NCBI GenBank assembly: GCA_002794465.1
Contig: MTSL01000062.1
Location: 1 to 5,341, forward strand
Direction: 5' to 3'
Origin: Paramicrosporidium saccamoebae KSL3
Taxonomy: Eukaryota; Fungi; Cryptomycota
Length of the DNA: 5,341 bases
The notes below the pieces were generated by a model. The model was not told the DNA's origin, did not search any database, and saw only the letters and a list, made by a program, of their open reading frames with translations. Of this stretch, positions 5,186-5,341 are shown piece by piece. Position 1 is the first letter of the stretch; each line of letters begins with the position of its first letter. The translations under genes and the position numbers were made by a program.

Positions 5186-5239
5186 CTTGTCTGTACCTAC
5201 CCCCGGCTGATCCGGTTAAACTTGACGGTACTAAATTGT

Positions 5240-5341
5240 ATGAGCAGGCTAGCTTTTCGCCCTACTATCCTACTTCGAGGCGCTGTGTGCAGGCGACGTC
5301 AGATACGAACCTATGCCTATAATAGGGGAGATAAGGCGCTG
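5240..5341 (+). CDS. 5' end of a gene truncated by the window edge, probably a mitochondrially targeted protein (product unknown)
   Basis: ATG at 5240 is open for 34 codons to the edge: MSRLAFRPTILLRGAVCRRRQIRTYAYNRGDKAL. Seven Arg in the first 25 residues and no acidic residue before D31. Divergent from NHP2 at a spacing similar to the other divergent pair. Too short for the ORF track. Confidence 0.65.
   Translation, partial: MSRLAFRPTILLRGAVCRRRQIRTYAYNRGDKAL

Noticed and set aside
5176-5200. Donor-like GTAGGT just upstream of the NHP2 ATG
   Set aside because: Reachable acceptors give 10, 15 or 25 nt introns, below the 30-37 nt range, and the 25-nt option would delete the start codon.
3926-5210. 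Plus-strand ORFs 3926..4198, 4523..4735, 4757..5053 and 5001..5210
   Set aside because: Antisense shadows of RAD14 and NHP2.
5186-5341. Possible snoRNA or other ncRNA next to NHP2
   Set aside because: No convincing C/D or H/ACA box arrangement or tRNA fold; the region is better explained as a short promoter plus a presequence-coding ORF.
1-5341. CRISPR array, transposon, defence system or alternative genetic code
   Set aside because: No repeat-spacer structure, terminal repeats or transposase/RT motifs. Conserved residues translate correctly with the standard code, and TAA/TAG terminate the genes.

Overview
Eukaryotic nuclear DNA (standard code) from an extremely compact, fungus-related genome. 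About 95% of the window (5094 of 5341 nt) lies inside gene spans, and the inter-CDS gaps are only 13, 38, 53, 75 and 54 bp. By hand I reconstruct five complete genes and the start of a sixth: APN1 (endonuclease IV, +, no introns found), a divergent 9-exon COG6-like Golgi tether gene (-) that the ORF track shows only as fragments, a 5-exon CAF40/RCD1/CNOT9 gene (+), RAD14/XPA (-, no introns found), a 2-exon NHP2 (-), and a + strand ORF at the right edge that starts with a mitochondrial-presequence-like peptide. The genes are ordinary housekeeping families; I see no mobile element, CRISPR array, RNA gene or novel protein system. The unusual part is the expression architecture. The 13 inferred spliceosomal introns are all 30-37 nt, their donors are reduced to G(T/C)A with +5G in only 2 of 13, one is GC-AG, and all five 3n-length introns carry in-frame stops. 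Divergent promoters are only 38-54 bp and one convergent gap is 13 bp. A Rozellomycota / short-branch-microsporidia-type organism with real mitochondria is plausible but is inference. All exon boundaries and family calls come from manual reading and recalled homolog motifs, not from searches or RNA data.
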